Shown here: positions 52,282-62,486 of the stretch, piece by piece | How positions within the stretch are numbered: position 1 is the first letter of the stretch | Layout: each line of letters opens with the position of its first letter | Assembly (NCBI GenBank): GCA_963708075.1 | Contig: OY970194.1 | Location: 64,001 to 128,000, forward strand | Reading direction: 5' to 3' | Source of the DNA: Sedimentisphaerales bacterium | Lineage (GTDB): Bacteria > Planctomycetota > Phycisphaerae > Sedimentisphaerales > Anaerobacaceae | DNA length: 64,000 nt | The notes under the pieces: generated by a model | Seen by the model: the letters and a program-made list of their open reading frames with translations, nothing else | Database searches by the model: none | What the model was told of the DNA's origin: nothing | Program-made: the position numbers and the translations under genes

Positions 52282-53409
52282 ATGCGTCTTATGCGATCGA
52301 ACCGGATTGTGTGGGTGTGTTTCAGTCTGCTGTTTAACGTCACTAGTGTGCCGGCGGGTGACAAGGCTTCGCCCGAGACGTTGCTGCTCAAGGACTTTCG
52401 CCCGAAGTCCGTTTACCGGATTCCGGAGACGGTGGTGCAAAAGGCGAAGTATCCTGCAATCGACATGCATGCCCACGTCTATGCGAAGACGCCGGAGAAG
52501 ATCGCCGAGTGGGTTCGGATGATGGACCAGGCGGGGGTGGAAAAGGCGATCGTCTTGTCAGGGGCGACCGGAAAGGAATTCGACGACGTTTATGCGATGT
52601 ATGCCAAGTACCCGGATCGATTCGAGGTCTGGTGCGAATTTGACTACACGGGATATGATAAGCCGGGTTTTGGCCCTGCAGCCGTCAAGGAACTGGAGCG
52701 GTGCTACAAGGCCGGGGCCCGCGGCGTCGGCGAACTCGGCGACAAGGGCAAGGGCCTATTCTATGGCAAGCCCCGGGCGTGGGGAATGCATCCCGATGAT
52801 CCTCGCATGGACCCGCTGTTCGAGAAATGCGCGGAACTCAAGATGCCCGTGAATCTCCACGTGGGCGACCCGTACTGGATGTACCTGCCGATGGACGCTC
52901 ACAACGACGGGCTGATGAATGCCTATCAGTGGCGGCTGGATAATCAGCCGGGGATCGTCGGCCTCGAAGGCATGGTGGACATCCTCGAACGAACTGCATC
53001 GCGACACCCGAAGACGACCTTCGTCGCTTCTCACTTTGCCAACTGCTGCTACAACCTGAGCCGGCTCGGCGAGCTGTTTGACAAATGTCCCAATCTGTAC
53101 GCGGATATCTCCGCCCGATACGCGGAGACCGCAGCCATCCCGCGTTTCGTGGCGCAGTTCTACGGGAAGTACCAGGACCGCCTCGTCTACGGGACGGACA
53201 TGAGCGCCAGCATGGATACCTACCGGCTCACGTTCCGCGTTCTCGAATCCGCCGACGAGCATTTCTATGCGTGGAGTCATTCCAGTTATCACTGGCCGCT
53301 GTACGGCCTGGCCCTGAACGACCCGGTCCTTCAGAAAGTCTACCGCGTCAACGCTCTGAGAATCCTGCAGCCGCGAACCACCGAGGCTGAATCAGCAGAG
53401 CGCAAATAG
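52282..53409 (+). CDS. Amidohydrolase_2 family protein, exported
   Basis: IDMHAH, GVGELGDKG, LHVGDP, YADISAR, YGTD. Confidence 0.85.
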   Translation: MRLMRSNRIVWVCFSLLFNVTSVPAGDKASPETLLLKDFRPKSVYRIPETVVQKAKYPAIDMHAHVYAKTPEKIAEWVRMMDQAGVEKAIVLSGATGKEFDDVYAMYAKYPDRFEVWCEFDYTGYDKPGFGPAAVKELERCYKAGARGVGELGDKGKGLFYGKPRAWGMHPDDPRMDPLFEKCAELKMPVNLHVGDPYWMYLPMDAHNDGLMNAYQWRLDNQPGIVGLEGMVDILERTASRHPKTTFVASHFANCCYNLSRLGELFDKCPNLYADISARYAETAAIPRFVAQFYGKYQDRLVYGTDMSASMDTYRLTFRVLESADEHFYAWSHSSYHWPLYGLALNDPVLQKVYRVNALRILQPRTTEAESAERK

Positions 53410-53445
53410 GCTTGCGTGCAAATGACATCGGGCTGACGCCAGACA

Positions 53446-53517
53446 TGTCACCCCCGCGCAGGCGGGGGTCCATTCCGTCACAGTGGTTCATGGATTCCCG
53501 CCTTCGCGGGAATGACA
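53446..53517. repeat. REP/dRS3-like composite palindrome between convergent genes
   Basis: TGTCACCCCCGCGCAGGCGGGGGTCCA ... TGGATTCCCGCCTTCGCGGGAATGACA. Confidence 0.8.
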
Positions 53518-53542
53518 CGAGGGCTTAGTCCGCAATTGCCGA

Positions 53543-54548
53543 TCAGTCGAGGCGGAAGGTGCCTTTGTCCATGATCACCTGGCCGTCCACGTAGATGGAT
53601 GGCTTGATGATAACTCCGTCGACGTGGGCTTTGCTGTCCCACTTGGCGCCGGTCTTGCTGGGCAGGGAGCTGCCGAAGGCGATGTGGATGCCGGGGAATT
53701 TCTCGTCCTGGAGCAGGTTGTAGATCAGCTTTGTCAGGCCGGTATTGGTGCCGATGGCGAACTCGCCCACGCGGCTGCTGTTCTCATCGGTTCTCGAAGA
53801 CGTACTCCTCGAATTCCTGGCGGAGCCGCTCGTCCTCGCATTGCAGGGTTTCTCGTATGGCCCGGCCGTTCTTCACCTCCACGCGGATTGGCGTGTCCTC
53901 CAGCGAGCCATACCGTTCCGCGAAGAAATCGCCGAGACAGCCGTCGATGACGACCATGCCGTTGAGGTCGGCGGGGGAGGTGAAGACCTCGCCGTCGGGC
54001 AGGTTCGTCCAGTGCTTTGGCCTGATGTCGCCGTCGCTGACCGTCCACCGGAGCTCGGGGCTGAATCGGCCCGTGAAATCGCACCCTTTGTCCGTCACCA
54101 CCCTGATCTCTTTCGCATCGCGAACCTTCTCGTAGACCAGCTTGCTGATCCGCTGGATCTCTTTGTAGTCGCTGCACATGCCGTCCTTCATGATCTCGGG
54201 TGTGATGCCGATCATGTGAGCGTGGCGGAGCTTGGGATTGGCGTCAATCGTCTTGAGCATCGGCTGGCGGAAGGTCGCCAGCTCGCCCTTGGCCCCCTGG
54301 GCGGCGTAGATGCTGACGTCGGCAGCCTTGAGGGCGTCGGCAATCGCCTGCGGGAATCGAATCGGCCGCTGGCCCAAATCCTCCATCACGAAGAGCTGGA
54401 TATCGCCCGTGAACTTCTCCACGCCCTTGCGAAGTGCCTCGCCGATGTCCATCGTCTCCTTATCGGTGATGATGACGACCCGGTCGCCGGACTTGACTTT
54501 CAGGCAGTTCTCCACGGCCTGCCTCACGCCTTCCGCAATCGTTCCCAT
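53543..54548 (-). CDS. M29 aminopeptidase (frameshift near 53785)
   Basis: NLPDGEVFTSP; C-terminal GEFAIGTN...QDEKFPGIHIAFG...HVDG in ORF 53543..53770. Confidence 0.82.
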
Positions 54549-54777
54549 GTTCTTCTCTCCTTCATGCCAGAATTCGATCGCCGGCGAGATGCCGTGAGCT
54601 TCACCGACACCCCCGTCCGTGAACCTTGATTCTACTTGTACCCGCCGGCGCCGGCAAGAGTTCTGTCATTTCCGTTCACGCTGCGGGGTTGCTTTCCCAC
54701 AGGTTCTGTGCCATGATCACGTCTTTGGCTATCAATTGTGACGTGGTGTTACCCGGACGGGCCTTGCGAGGTGAGTT

Positions 54778-57015
54778 ATGCGTCAACGCTCCAATGGATT
54801 TCTGGTTTGTGTGTCAGGTCTCTTGATGGCGGCCATAGTCTGTAGTGTGTCCGTCCGGGCATCCTCTGAACCCAATGAGCCGCCCGTGATTCCCGTCGGT
54901 CTTGATGCTTACCGTCAGTGGGATCGCTGGCCGTACCAACGCATCGGCGCACGCGCGTACATGCGCAGCACCTACGACCGGCGGGGCGGCAACGAGGGTG
55001 CGGATGCCAGCCATTTCCTTTACCAGCTCAGCGATGATTTCAATGTCTCGCTGGACATCGCGGGCCTCGGTGTTTTGTACTTCGCCCGCTACAACCACTG
55101 GCATGGCAGCCCGTGGCATTATGAGGTGGATGGCATAGATCATATCGTTCGTGAGACCGGCACGGCCGACCCGGTCAATGCGAAGAGCACGCTCAAGGAG
55201 ACCGTCTTCATCCCGGAGGAGCCATTTCCCAGCCCGCTGACGTGGACGTGGTCCACGACCAAAGGGGCGGATTTGATGTGGGTGCCGCTGCCGTTCGAGC
55301 GCACGTTTCGCATGGCCTATTCGCGCACGCGCTACGGCACCGGCTATTACATTTATCACCTCTACGACCGCAGTGCGCCGCTCTCGCAGCCCATCCGCTC
55401 CTGGGACGGCAGGACGCCGCCGGCAAAGGACGTCCTGGACCTGCTGAATCGTGCGGGCACTGATATCTCTCCGAGACTGGGGACGCCGGAAGGTGACAGT
55501 CTCGGTGGGAAGGAGGTCTCCGGCGAACTCAGCCTCGCGTCAAAGCAAGCCGTCGTGCTCACGACGCTCACCACCGCGCCCGCGATGGTGCGGGCACTGG
55601 AGTTCTCCGTTCCCAAGGAACAGGCCGTGGCCTTCGGCCTCGCACGTTTACGCGTCACGTGGGATAAGCGGAAGGAGCCGTCGATTGATGCGCCTGTGGC
55701 CTTGTTCTTCGGCGCGGGCACGCTCTACAACCGCGAAGGCCGGGAATTCCTGGTGAAAGGCTTCCCGGTTCACATTCGCTTTACCGAGTCTCGGGTGCAC
55801 CTGGCGTGTTACTTCCCGATGCCGTTCTTCAGGTCGGCAAAGCTTGAACTTGTCGGGGCAAGTGACGCGATTGAGGGTGTCCGGTGGCGGGTGCGTTATC
55901 ATCCGCTGAATACTCCGGCGAGCCACGTCGGCTACTTTCACGCGACGTATCGCGATCATCCCTTGCCAGAACCGGGCCAGGACCTCGTGCTCCTCGACAC
56001 TCGCACGGCTGAAGGCGGCGGCGAGTGGTCCGGCAGTTTCGTCGGCTCCTCGTGGATCTTCTCCCATCGCGGTGTACTCAATACGCTGGAGGGCGATCCT
56101 CGCTTCTTCTTCGATGACAGCCAGACGCCGCAAGCTTACGGCACCGGCACTGAGGAGTGGGGCGGTGGCGGCGACTACTGGGGCGGACTAAACATGACCC
56201 TGCCTTTGGCGGGCCATCCTTGCGGCGCCCGTAATGCGAAGGAAGCGAAGTGCGATGAGGACTTGATCGAGTCGGCCTACCGGTTCCTTCTGGCCGATCT
56301 GATGCCGTTTGGCCGCCGGGCCGTCATCCGGCTCGAGCACGGCGGTGAGAACCAGTCCACCGAGCACTATGAAACCGTGGCGTACTGGTACGGTGCTCCC
56401 GCCGCCACTCTGGTGCAGACGGACGAGCTAAAAATTGGCGACGCCGACAGTGAACGTGCGCATCGTTACGATTCGCCTCAGGCCGGCGAGCCTTACGAAA
56501 TCACATCTCGTTATGAGTGGGGTCCGGACACGTTGGGCGGAAAGGAAATCTATTCGCCACACACCGATGTCGGCCGTAAGATCACGGGGGTAACCGAGTT
56601 CACGCTGAAGCTGGCCCCGCAGAACTTCGGTGTGCTCTTGCGGCGCAAGCTCGATTATTCATTCCCCAACCAGCGTGCCGAGGTCTTCGTCGCCGGCGAG
56701 GATGGCGAATTCAAGCCCGCAGGCACTTGGTATCTTGCCGGGGGGAACACGTGCGTGTACTCGAATCCCAAGGAGGAGCTGGGCGCCACGCAACATATCG
56801 TTCAGACCTCCAACCGCCGGTTCCGTGATGATGAGTTCATTGTGCCCCGCGAGCTCACGCGAGGCCGATCCCAAGTCCGAATCCGCATCAAGTTCACGCC
56901 GGTGGAAATCCCGCTGTTTCCCGGGCAGCCGCTCGCTGAGCTGGCTTGGAGTGAAATCTGCTACACGGCCTATTGCTGGGTCATGCCGGCGCGACAGGAC
57001 CTATGGGACCAATAG
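54778..57015 (+). CDS. DUF2961 (GH172-like) exported protein
   Basis: PSIDAPVALFFG, YFPMPF, LEGDPRFFFD...GTGTEEW, LEHGGEN. Confidence 0.75.
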   Translation: MRQRSNGFLVCVSGLLMAAIVCSVSVRASSEPNEPPVIPVGLDAYRQWDRWPYQRIGARAYMRSTYDRRGGNEGADASHFLYQLSDDFNVSLDIAGLGVLYFARYNHWHGSPWHYEVDGIDHIVRETGTADPVNAKSTLKETVFIPEEPFPSPLTWTWSTTKGADLMWVPLPFERTFRMAYSRTRYGTGYYIYHLYDRSAPLSQPIRSWDGRTPPAKDVLDLLNRAGTDISPRLGTPEGDSLGGKEVSGELSLASKQAVVLTTLTTAPAMVRALEFSVPKEQAVAFGLARLRVTWDKRKEPSIDAPVALFFGAGTLYNREGREFLVKGFPVHIRFTESRVHLACYFPMPFFRSAKLELVGASDAIEGVRWRVRYHPLNTPASHVGYFHATYRDHPLPEPGQDLVLLDTRTAEGGGEWSGSFVGSSWIFSHRGVLNTLEGDPRFFFDDSQTPQAYGTGTEEWGGGGDYWGGLNMTLPLAGHPCGARNAKEAKCDEDLIESAYRFLLADLMPFGRRAVIRLEHGGENQSTEHYETVAYWYGAPAATLVQTDELKIGDADSERAHRYDSPQAGEPYEITSRYEWGPDTLGGKEIYSPHTDVGRKITGVTEFTLKLAPQNFGVLLRRKLDYSFPNQRAEVFVAGEDGEFKPAGTWYLAGGNTCVYSNPKEELGATQHIVQTSNRRFRDDEFIVPRELTRGRSQVRIRIKFTPVEIPLFPGQPLAELAWSEICYTAYCWVMPARQDLWDQ

Positions 57016-57055
57016 GACGAATAGGACCTGTGTTGCGTGGCATTTCAATCGCCTG

Positions 57056-58057
57056 TTATATTCGCTCTCCCTTTTCGCGCGCCTCGTTGATTTGCTTTCG
57101 GCTGCGGTGCTGGTAGTCGCGGAGGGGCTCGATGCCGTGCTCCTTCAGGATGTCGCGGGCCCGGATGCCGGGGGCAATAGAGCGGAACAGCCACCAGGGG
57201 GCGAGGTCCTCCGGGCTGAGGTTTTGCTCGACCTCGATCTGGTCCTTATGCTCTTCCAGCATCTTCTTGACCTTGTCCTGGTGGAAATCATGGTGCACGA
57301 ACGTGCGGTCGAGGTCCAGCGTGGCGATGAATTGCTGCGACCGGGGCTTTTCGACACGCTCCAGGGTCTTGCCGGTCATGTCGATGATGTTGCCCGCGCC
57401 CACGGGCACGATGTAGTAGTGGTGGAGGATGGCGTAGGCGTTCATGGGTGAGCCGCCGCCATAGGCGCTGGGCCAGAAGACGATGTCGGCGTTCATCTCG
57501 TCGCATTTCAGCCAGAGCTCGGGGAAGTTCAGGTCGAAGCAGGTGAAGATTCCGATTCGGCCGAAGTCCGTCTCGAACACTTTCACGCCGTCGGGGCTGC
57601 AATGCAGGCCCTCGCCCCAGAATACGAAGACCTTGCGGTAATAGCCCGCGACCTGTCCCTTGCGGTCGATCAGGACGGCCGTGTTGTACTGTCTGTCCCC
57701 GGCCTGCTCCCGGATCGGGCAGACCACGTACATATTGTACTGCTTCGCCAGTTGCGCCACGGCTTCGGTGGTGGGCCCTGGAATTGGCTCGGCCTGCGTC
57801 CCGCTGAACTCCTCGGGCAGGCACGCGATATCCACGCCGTTCTTGCCCGCCGTGTGCAGGTGGTCGAGCGCCAGCTTGAGTTTTTCCTCGTGCTGGCCGC
57901 CGAATCCGATGCAGATGGCCGCCACCTTGACCTGCCTGCCCGGAAGCTTCGACCGGTCGAGCTGCGGGACATCCCCCCTAAGGGACATCGATGTAATCGT
58001 CATCCACGCTGCCAGAACACAGATGGACAAGTTCGACGGCCTCATTGTGCTTTTCAT
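57056..58057 (-). CDS. Carbon-nitrogen hydrolase (nitrilase superfamily)
   Basis: ACLPEE, YRKV, FTCFDLNFPE catalytic triad pattern. Confidence 0.88.
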   Translation of the reverse strand: MKSTMRPSNLSICVLAAWMTITSMSLRGDVPQLDRSKLPGRQVKVAAICIGFGGQHEEKLKLALDHLHTAGKNGVDIACLPEEFSGTQAEPIPGPTTEAVAQLAKQYNMYVVCPIREQAGDRQYNTAVLIDRKGQVAGYYRKVFVFWGEGLHCSPDGVKVFETDFGRIGIFTCFDLNFPELWLKCDEMNADIVFWPSAYGGGSPMNAYAILHHYYIVPVGAGNIIDMTGKTLERVEKPRSQQFIATLDLDRTFVHHDFHQDKVKKMLEEHKDQIEVEQNLSPEDLAPWWLFRSIAPGIRARDILKEHGIEPLRDYQHRSRKQINEAREKGERI

Positions 58058-58085
58058 CGTCGCGACTCCAATTCACCTCATCACA

Positions 58086-58114
58086 TTGACAACTCATCTG
58101 ACACCGTTTACCAT
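58086..58114 (+). promoter_or_regulatory. Sigma70-type promoter
   Basis: TTGACA-17 nt-TACCAT, with ATG 6 nt downstream. Confidence 0.65.
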
Positions 58115-58135
58115 TGGCCTATGCTCCGCAAGCCA

Positions 58136-58173
58136 AATTGTAAAGGGTAAATCGTAAATCGTAAATGGTAGAC
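58136..58173. repeat. Heptamer repeats (GTAAATC type)
   Basis: GTAAAGG GTAAATC GTAAATC GTAAATG; same unit as 36272-36359. Confidence 0.65.
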
Positions 58174-58193
58174 GTCAGTAGGAGAGAACCGCA

Positions 58194-59585
58194 ATGAGTG
58201 AAAGCACGCAAAACAGCACGTCGCGTCGCGAGTTCCTGAAGAACACGGGTCGGATCGCCGCCGTCACGACCCTCGCGGCGGGATTTGGCCCGCGCATGTA
58301 TGCCGGGGAGAACAATACGATCCAGTTGGCGCTGGTCGGCTGCGGCGGCCGCGGATCAGGGGCTGCCTCGAACGCCCTGTCCGTCAAACGGGGCCCGGTC
58401 AAGCTTGTGGCCATGGCCGATGTCTTCCAGGGCCGGCTCACCGAGAGCTACAGGAACCTCAAGGAAGGGCACGGCGATAAGGTGGATGTGCCCGATGATC
58501 GTAAGTTCGTCGGCTTCGATGCCTACAAGAAGGCCATGGATTGCCTCAAGCCGGGCGACATCGCGATCTTCGGCACCCCGCCGGCCTTCCGCTGGGTCCA
58601 CTTCACCTACGCCATTGAGAAGAATCTCAACGTCTTCATGGAGAAGCCGGTCACCGTGGACGGCCCAACCAGCAAGCGAATGCTCAAGCTCGCTGATGAC
58701 GCGACGGCCAAGAACCTCAAGGTCGGCGTGGGACTGATGTCCCGCCACAGCCGGGCGCTCCAGGAACTGGTCAAACGCGTTCAGGACGGCGAAATCGGCG
58801 ACGTTATCCTGCAGCGCGGCTACCGGATGCACGGACCGATCGGGTTCTTCTCCTCTTTGCCCAAGCCGAAAGACGCCAACGAGCTGCTCTACCAGGTGCA
58901 GCGTTTCCACAGCTTCATCTGGGCCAGCGGCGGCAACTACAGCGACTTCTACATCCACATCATCGATCATCTCGGCTGGCTGAAGGGCTCCTGGCCGATC
59001 AAGGCACAGGCGCTGGGCGGCCGCCACTATCGTCAGAGTCCCGAAGGGGTCACGTACGTGGACCAGAATCTCGACACCTACTCGGTCGAATACACCTACG
59101 CCGATGGGAGCAAATTCCTCTTCGACGGCCGCTGCATCAACGGCTGCAACGACATCTATTCGAGTTATCTCCACGGCAGTAAAGGCTTTGCGATTGCCTC
59201 CAAGAGCGGCGATTGTGGAACGCCCTCCAGCATTCATAAGAGCCAGAATCCGGATCGCTCCAACATGGTCTGGGAGTCCAAAGTGAGCCCGGCCGAGCGA
59301 GATCCTTATCAGAACGAGTGGAACGACCTGTTGGACGCCATCCGCGACAACAAGCCCTACAACGAGGCCCATCGCGGCGTGGAAGCCAGTCTCGTGACGA
59401 GCATGGGCCGCATGGCCGCCCACACCGGCCAGGAAATCACCTACGACCAGATGCTCAACTGCAAGCATGAAATGGCGCCCGGCCTGGACAAGCTGACGAA
59501 GGATTCACCTGCACCGCTGGTGGCCGACGCCAACGGCAGGTACCCCGTGCCACAGCCCGGTATTGTGAAAGATCGCGAGTATTGA
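58194..59585 (+). CDS. Tat-exported Gfo/Idh/MocA oxidoreductase
   Basis: SRREFLK, LVGCGGRGSGA, TPPAFR, FMEKPV. Confidence 0.88.
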   Translation: MSESTQNSTSRREFLKNTGRIAAVTTLAAGFGPRMYAGENNTIQLALVGCGGRGSGAASNALSVKRGPVKLVAMADVFQGRLTESYRNLKEGHGDKVDVPDDRKFVGFDAYKKAMDCLKPGDIAIFGTPPAFRWVHFTYAIEKNLNVFMEKPVTVDGPTSKRMLKLADDATAKNLKVGVGLMSRHSRALQELVKRVQDGEIGDVILQRGYRMHGPIGFFSSLPKPKDANELLYQVQRFHSFIWASGGNYSDFYIHIIDHLGWLKGSWPIKAQALGGRHYRQSPEGVTYVDQNLDTYSVEYTYADGSKFLFDGRCINGCNDIYSSYLHGSKGFAIASKSGDCGTPSSIHKSQNPDRSNMVWESKVSPAERDPYQNEWNDLLDAIRDNKPYNEAHRGVEASLVTSMGRMAAHTGQEITYDQMLNCKHEMAPGLDKLTKDSPAPLVADANGRYPVPQPGIVKDREY

Positions 59586-59658
59586 CGATTGTTGATTTCA
59601 GATTGCGGATTGCGGATTGGGCCTGCGGGCGCCAATCTGCAATCCGCAACTGAGACAA
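59582..59658. repeat. Heptamer inverted array (GATTGCG type)
   Basis: GATTGTT GATTTCA GATTGCG GATTGCG GATTGG...CCAATCT GCAATCC GCAA. Confidence 0.7.
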
Positions 59659-59726
59659 TGAGTACTGTTACTCTGCGTCAGCAGCGTGCCTTATATAGGT
59701 GAAGGACCTGATGTAAGGATGTTGCG

Positions 59727-59798
59727 ATGCATACGGTGCTCATCATGTTGGAAATCGCTCTTCTGCTGGCCGTCGTGCTGACCTACGGCAGAAAGTAG
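59727..59798 (+). CDS. Putative 23-aa single-TM peptide
   Basis: TAAGGA RBS; MHTVLIMLEIALLLAVVLTYGRK*. Confidence 0.35.
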   Translation: MHTVLIMLEIALLLAVVLTYGRK

Positions 59799-59809
59799 TA
59801 TCGCGTGAA

Positions 59810-61978
59810 GTGGACATGGACCGAAGGGATTTCCTGAAGACGTCGGTGGCCGCGGGGGCTTATGCGATCCTTGCGGAGCCCGGCAGCATCTTCGCTCAAG
59901 ACCAACAGGGCTGGTTCGACCGGCCGATGCGCTGGGCCCAGCTTGTCCTCGTGGAGAACGATCCCGGGCAATTCGACCCGGACTTCTGGCTGGACTACTT
60001 CAAACGGGTGCATGCGGATGGCGCCTGCCTCAGCGCCGGCGGCATCGTGGCCTACTATCCGACACAAGTCCCCCTGCATCACCGAAGCGCCTGGCTCGGG
60101 GACTCCGATCCGTTCGGCTATCTCGTCCGGGGTTGTCGCAGGATGGGCATGGCGGTGATCGCCCGCACCGATCCTCATGCGACGTGGGACAACGCCCATC
60201 AGGCCCATCCGGATTGGATCGCGGTCGATACGGAGGGCAAGCCGCGGCGACACTGGGCGAACCCGGACCTGTGGGTGACGTGTGCGCTTGGGCCGTACAA
60301 CTTCGAATTCATGACGCAGGTGCATGAGGAGATCATGAAGTTGTACGATGTCGATGGGATCTTCTCCAATCGCTGGGCCGGGCATGGGACGTGCTACTGC
60401 GAGCACTGCGTGAAGAACTTCAAGGAGTCCTCCGGGCTGGACCTGCCTCGGACGGAGAATCGACTCGACCCGACCTACCGCAAGTACGGCCAGTGGCGAA
60501 TCGAGCGACTGAAAGAACTGTGGTTTCTGTGGGATCGGACGATCCGCCAGGTCAATCCTGCCTCTCGCTACATTCCCAACGGCTTCCCGGACAACATCGT
60601 CACGGGCCAGCTCTCGGACATCTTCTTCACGGACCACCAGGGCCGAAGCGGCATGATCCCGCCTTGGTCCAACGGCAAGCGGGCGAAGGAACTGCGTGCG
60701 ACGATGGGCATGAAGCCGCTCGGCGGCATTTTCAGCGTCGGCCTGGAGGAGGCCTACCGTTGGAAGGATTCCGTGCAGAGCGAGGCGGAGACACGAGTTT
60801 GGGTGGCCGACGGAATCGCGAACAACATGCGGCCGTGGTTCGCCAAGTTCTCAGGAGTTCTCTACGACCGCCGCTGGCTCAAGGTCGTCGAGGAAATCTA
60901 CCGCTGGCATCACCGTGTCGAGCCGTACCTGCGGAACACCGCGTCCCTCGCCCGTGTCGGAATGGTGTACTCGGAGCAGACGCGGCGATACTACGGTGGC
61001 CAGCGATGGCAGGAGCGAAGCAGCGGCCATGAGCTGGGCATGTATCACGCCCTGATCGAGGCCCGCGTGCCGTTTGAGATGGTCAACGACCGATTGCTCG
61101 ACGCGGAACACCTCAAGCCCTTCAAGTTACTGGTCCTGCCGAACGTCGCAGCCCTGTCCGACGCCCAATGCGATCAACTGAGGCAGTACGTCGAGCGGGG
61201 CGGCAGCATCGTCGCCACCTTCGAGACCTCGCTCTACGATGAGCAGGGCGACCGGCGGCCGGATTTCAGCTTGGCGGACTTGTTCGGGGTCTCCCGCAGA
61301 GACCGCGTGGAAGGCCCGATGAGGAACTCGTACCTGAGGCTCAAGGCCGATGCGGCCACGGGCCCGTTCCATGAAGTGCTTGATGGGCTGGAAGACGCGG
61401 GCAGGATCATTAACGGCATCTGGCGGCTGGACGTGACGCCCAGGCTCGACTTTCCCTCGCCCGTGACGTTGATCCCCAGTTATCCCGACCTGCCGATGGA
61501 GCACGTGTACCCACGCGTGCCGGAGACCGACACAAGTGAGCTGTACCTGCGGGAGATGGGCAAGAGCCGGATCGCTTACTTCCCGTGGGACATCGACCGC
61601 TCGTTCTGGGAAATCATGAACACCGACCACGGCAGGCTCCTGGGGAACGTGATCCGTTGGGCGACGAATGAGGATTCGCTCGTCCAGGTAACCGGCCCAG
61701 GAATCCTCGATGTCACCACTTGGCGGCAGAAACGGTCCATGACGGTCCATCTCGTCAATTTGACGAATCCGATGATGATGAAGGGCCCGTTCCGCGAGCT
61801 GATCCCCGTCGGCGAACAGAAAGTCCGCATCCGGGTCCCGGAAGGCACAAAGGTGAAGAAGGTCCGGCTGCTCGTCAGTGACAAGAACCCCGCTCATAAG
61901 AGCAGCAGGGGCGTTGTGTCCCTCCGTGTGCCGTCCATCCTGGACCATGAGGTCGTGGCTCTCGATCTGCAGACCTGA
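59810..61978 (+). CDS. GHL6-like glycoside hydrolase with beta-galactosidase trimerisation (GATase-like) domain, Tat signal
   Basis: DRRDFLK; AGGIVAYYPT, VDGIFSN, CYCEHC, LVLPNVAALSDAQ, VHLVNLTNP. Confidence 0.75.
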   Translation: MDMDRRDFLKTSVAAGAYAILAEPGSIFAQDQQGWFDRPMRWAQLVLVENDPGQFDPDFWLDYFKRVHADGACLSAGGIVAYYPTQVPLHHRSAWLGDSDPFGYLVRGCRRMGMAVIARTDPHATWDNAHQAHPDWIAVDTEGKPRRHWANPDLWVTCALGPYNFEFMTQVHEEIMKLYDVDGIFSNRWAGHGTCYCEHCVKNFKESSGLDLPRTENRLDPTYRKYGQWRIERLKELWFLWDRTIRQVNPASRYIPNGFPDNIVTGQLSDIFFTDHQGRSGMIPPWSNGKRAKELRATMGMKPLGGIFSVGLEEAYRWKDSVQSEAETRVWVADGIANNMRPWFAKFSGVLYDRRWLKVVEEIYRWHHRVEPYLRNTASLARVGMVYSEQTRRYYGGQRWQERSSGHELGMYHALIEARVPFEMVNDRLLDAEHLKPFKLLVLPNVAALSDAQCDQLRQYVERGGSIVATFETSLYDEQGDRRPDFSLADLFGVSRRDRVEGPMRNSYLRLKADAATGPFHEVLDGLEDAGRIINGIWRLDVTPRLDFPSPVTLIPSYPDLPMEHVYPRVPETDTSELYLREMGKSRIAYFPWDIDRSFWEIMNTDHGRLLGNVIRWATNEDSLVQVTGPGILDVTTWRQKRSMTVHLVNLTNPMMMKGPFRELIPVGEQKVRIRVPEGTKVKKVRLLVSDKNPAHKSSRGVVSLRVPSILDHEVVALDLQT

Positions 61979-61982
61979 CAGG

Positions 61983-62486
61983 TCACCGTCGGCGCAGGCG
62001 GGCCAGGGTCGCCTCCACCACCTGCTTCAGTTGCTCGGGCGTGAGGGCCTCGATCTGTCCGCCGCCGAGAAACAGCACGTTGCACCGCCCGTCGTGGACC
62101 GGCTTGGACTCGTACACCAGCACGTTGGTGGGGGGCATGGTCCCATCCTGGCCGGGGATGTACACGTACTCCGATCCGTTCGGGTCGGGACAGTGGAACA
62201 GCTTGGAGTAACCGCCGAACTCGACCAGCTCCGCCTGAGACTCCGGGAAGTGCTCGTTGCTGATCGCGTAGATATTCAGGTTCTTGTAGATCGTCTGCAT
62301 ATTGATCTGGCAGTTCAGCGTGGTCGCCTTATGGCTCGTCTTGATCATCGCCTCGGTGTACTGCTGGCCCGCCTGGCCCGTGGTCTTGATGATCCACCAG
62401 ATGCCCATCCCGATCAAGCCGAGCACGATCGCGATGGCGAGGACATCGATGATCCTGCCGCCATAGTTGCGTCGCGTGCGATTCAT
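61983..62486 (-). CDS. Prepilin-like membrane-anchored protein (degenerate H-X9-DG)
   Basis: N-terminal TM, CQINMQ, FHCP, HDGRCNVLFLGG. Confidence 0.6.
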   Translation of the reverse strand: MNRTRRNYGGRIIDVLAIAIVLGLIGMGIWWIIKTTGQAGQQYTEAMIKTSHKATTLNCQINMQTIYKNLNIYAISNEHFPESQAELVEFGGYSKLFHCPDPNGSEYVYIPGQDGTMPPTNVLVYESKPVHDGRCNVLFLGGGQIEALTPEQLKQVVEATLARLRRR

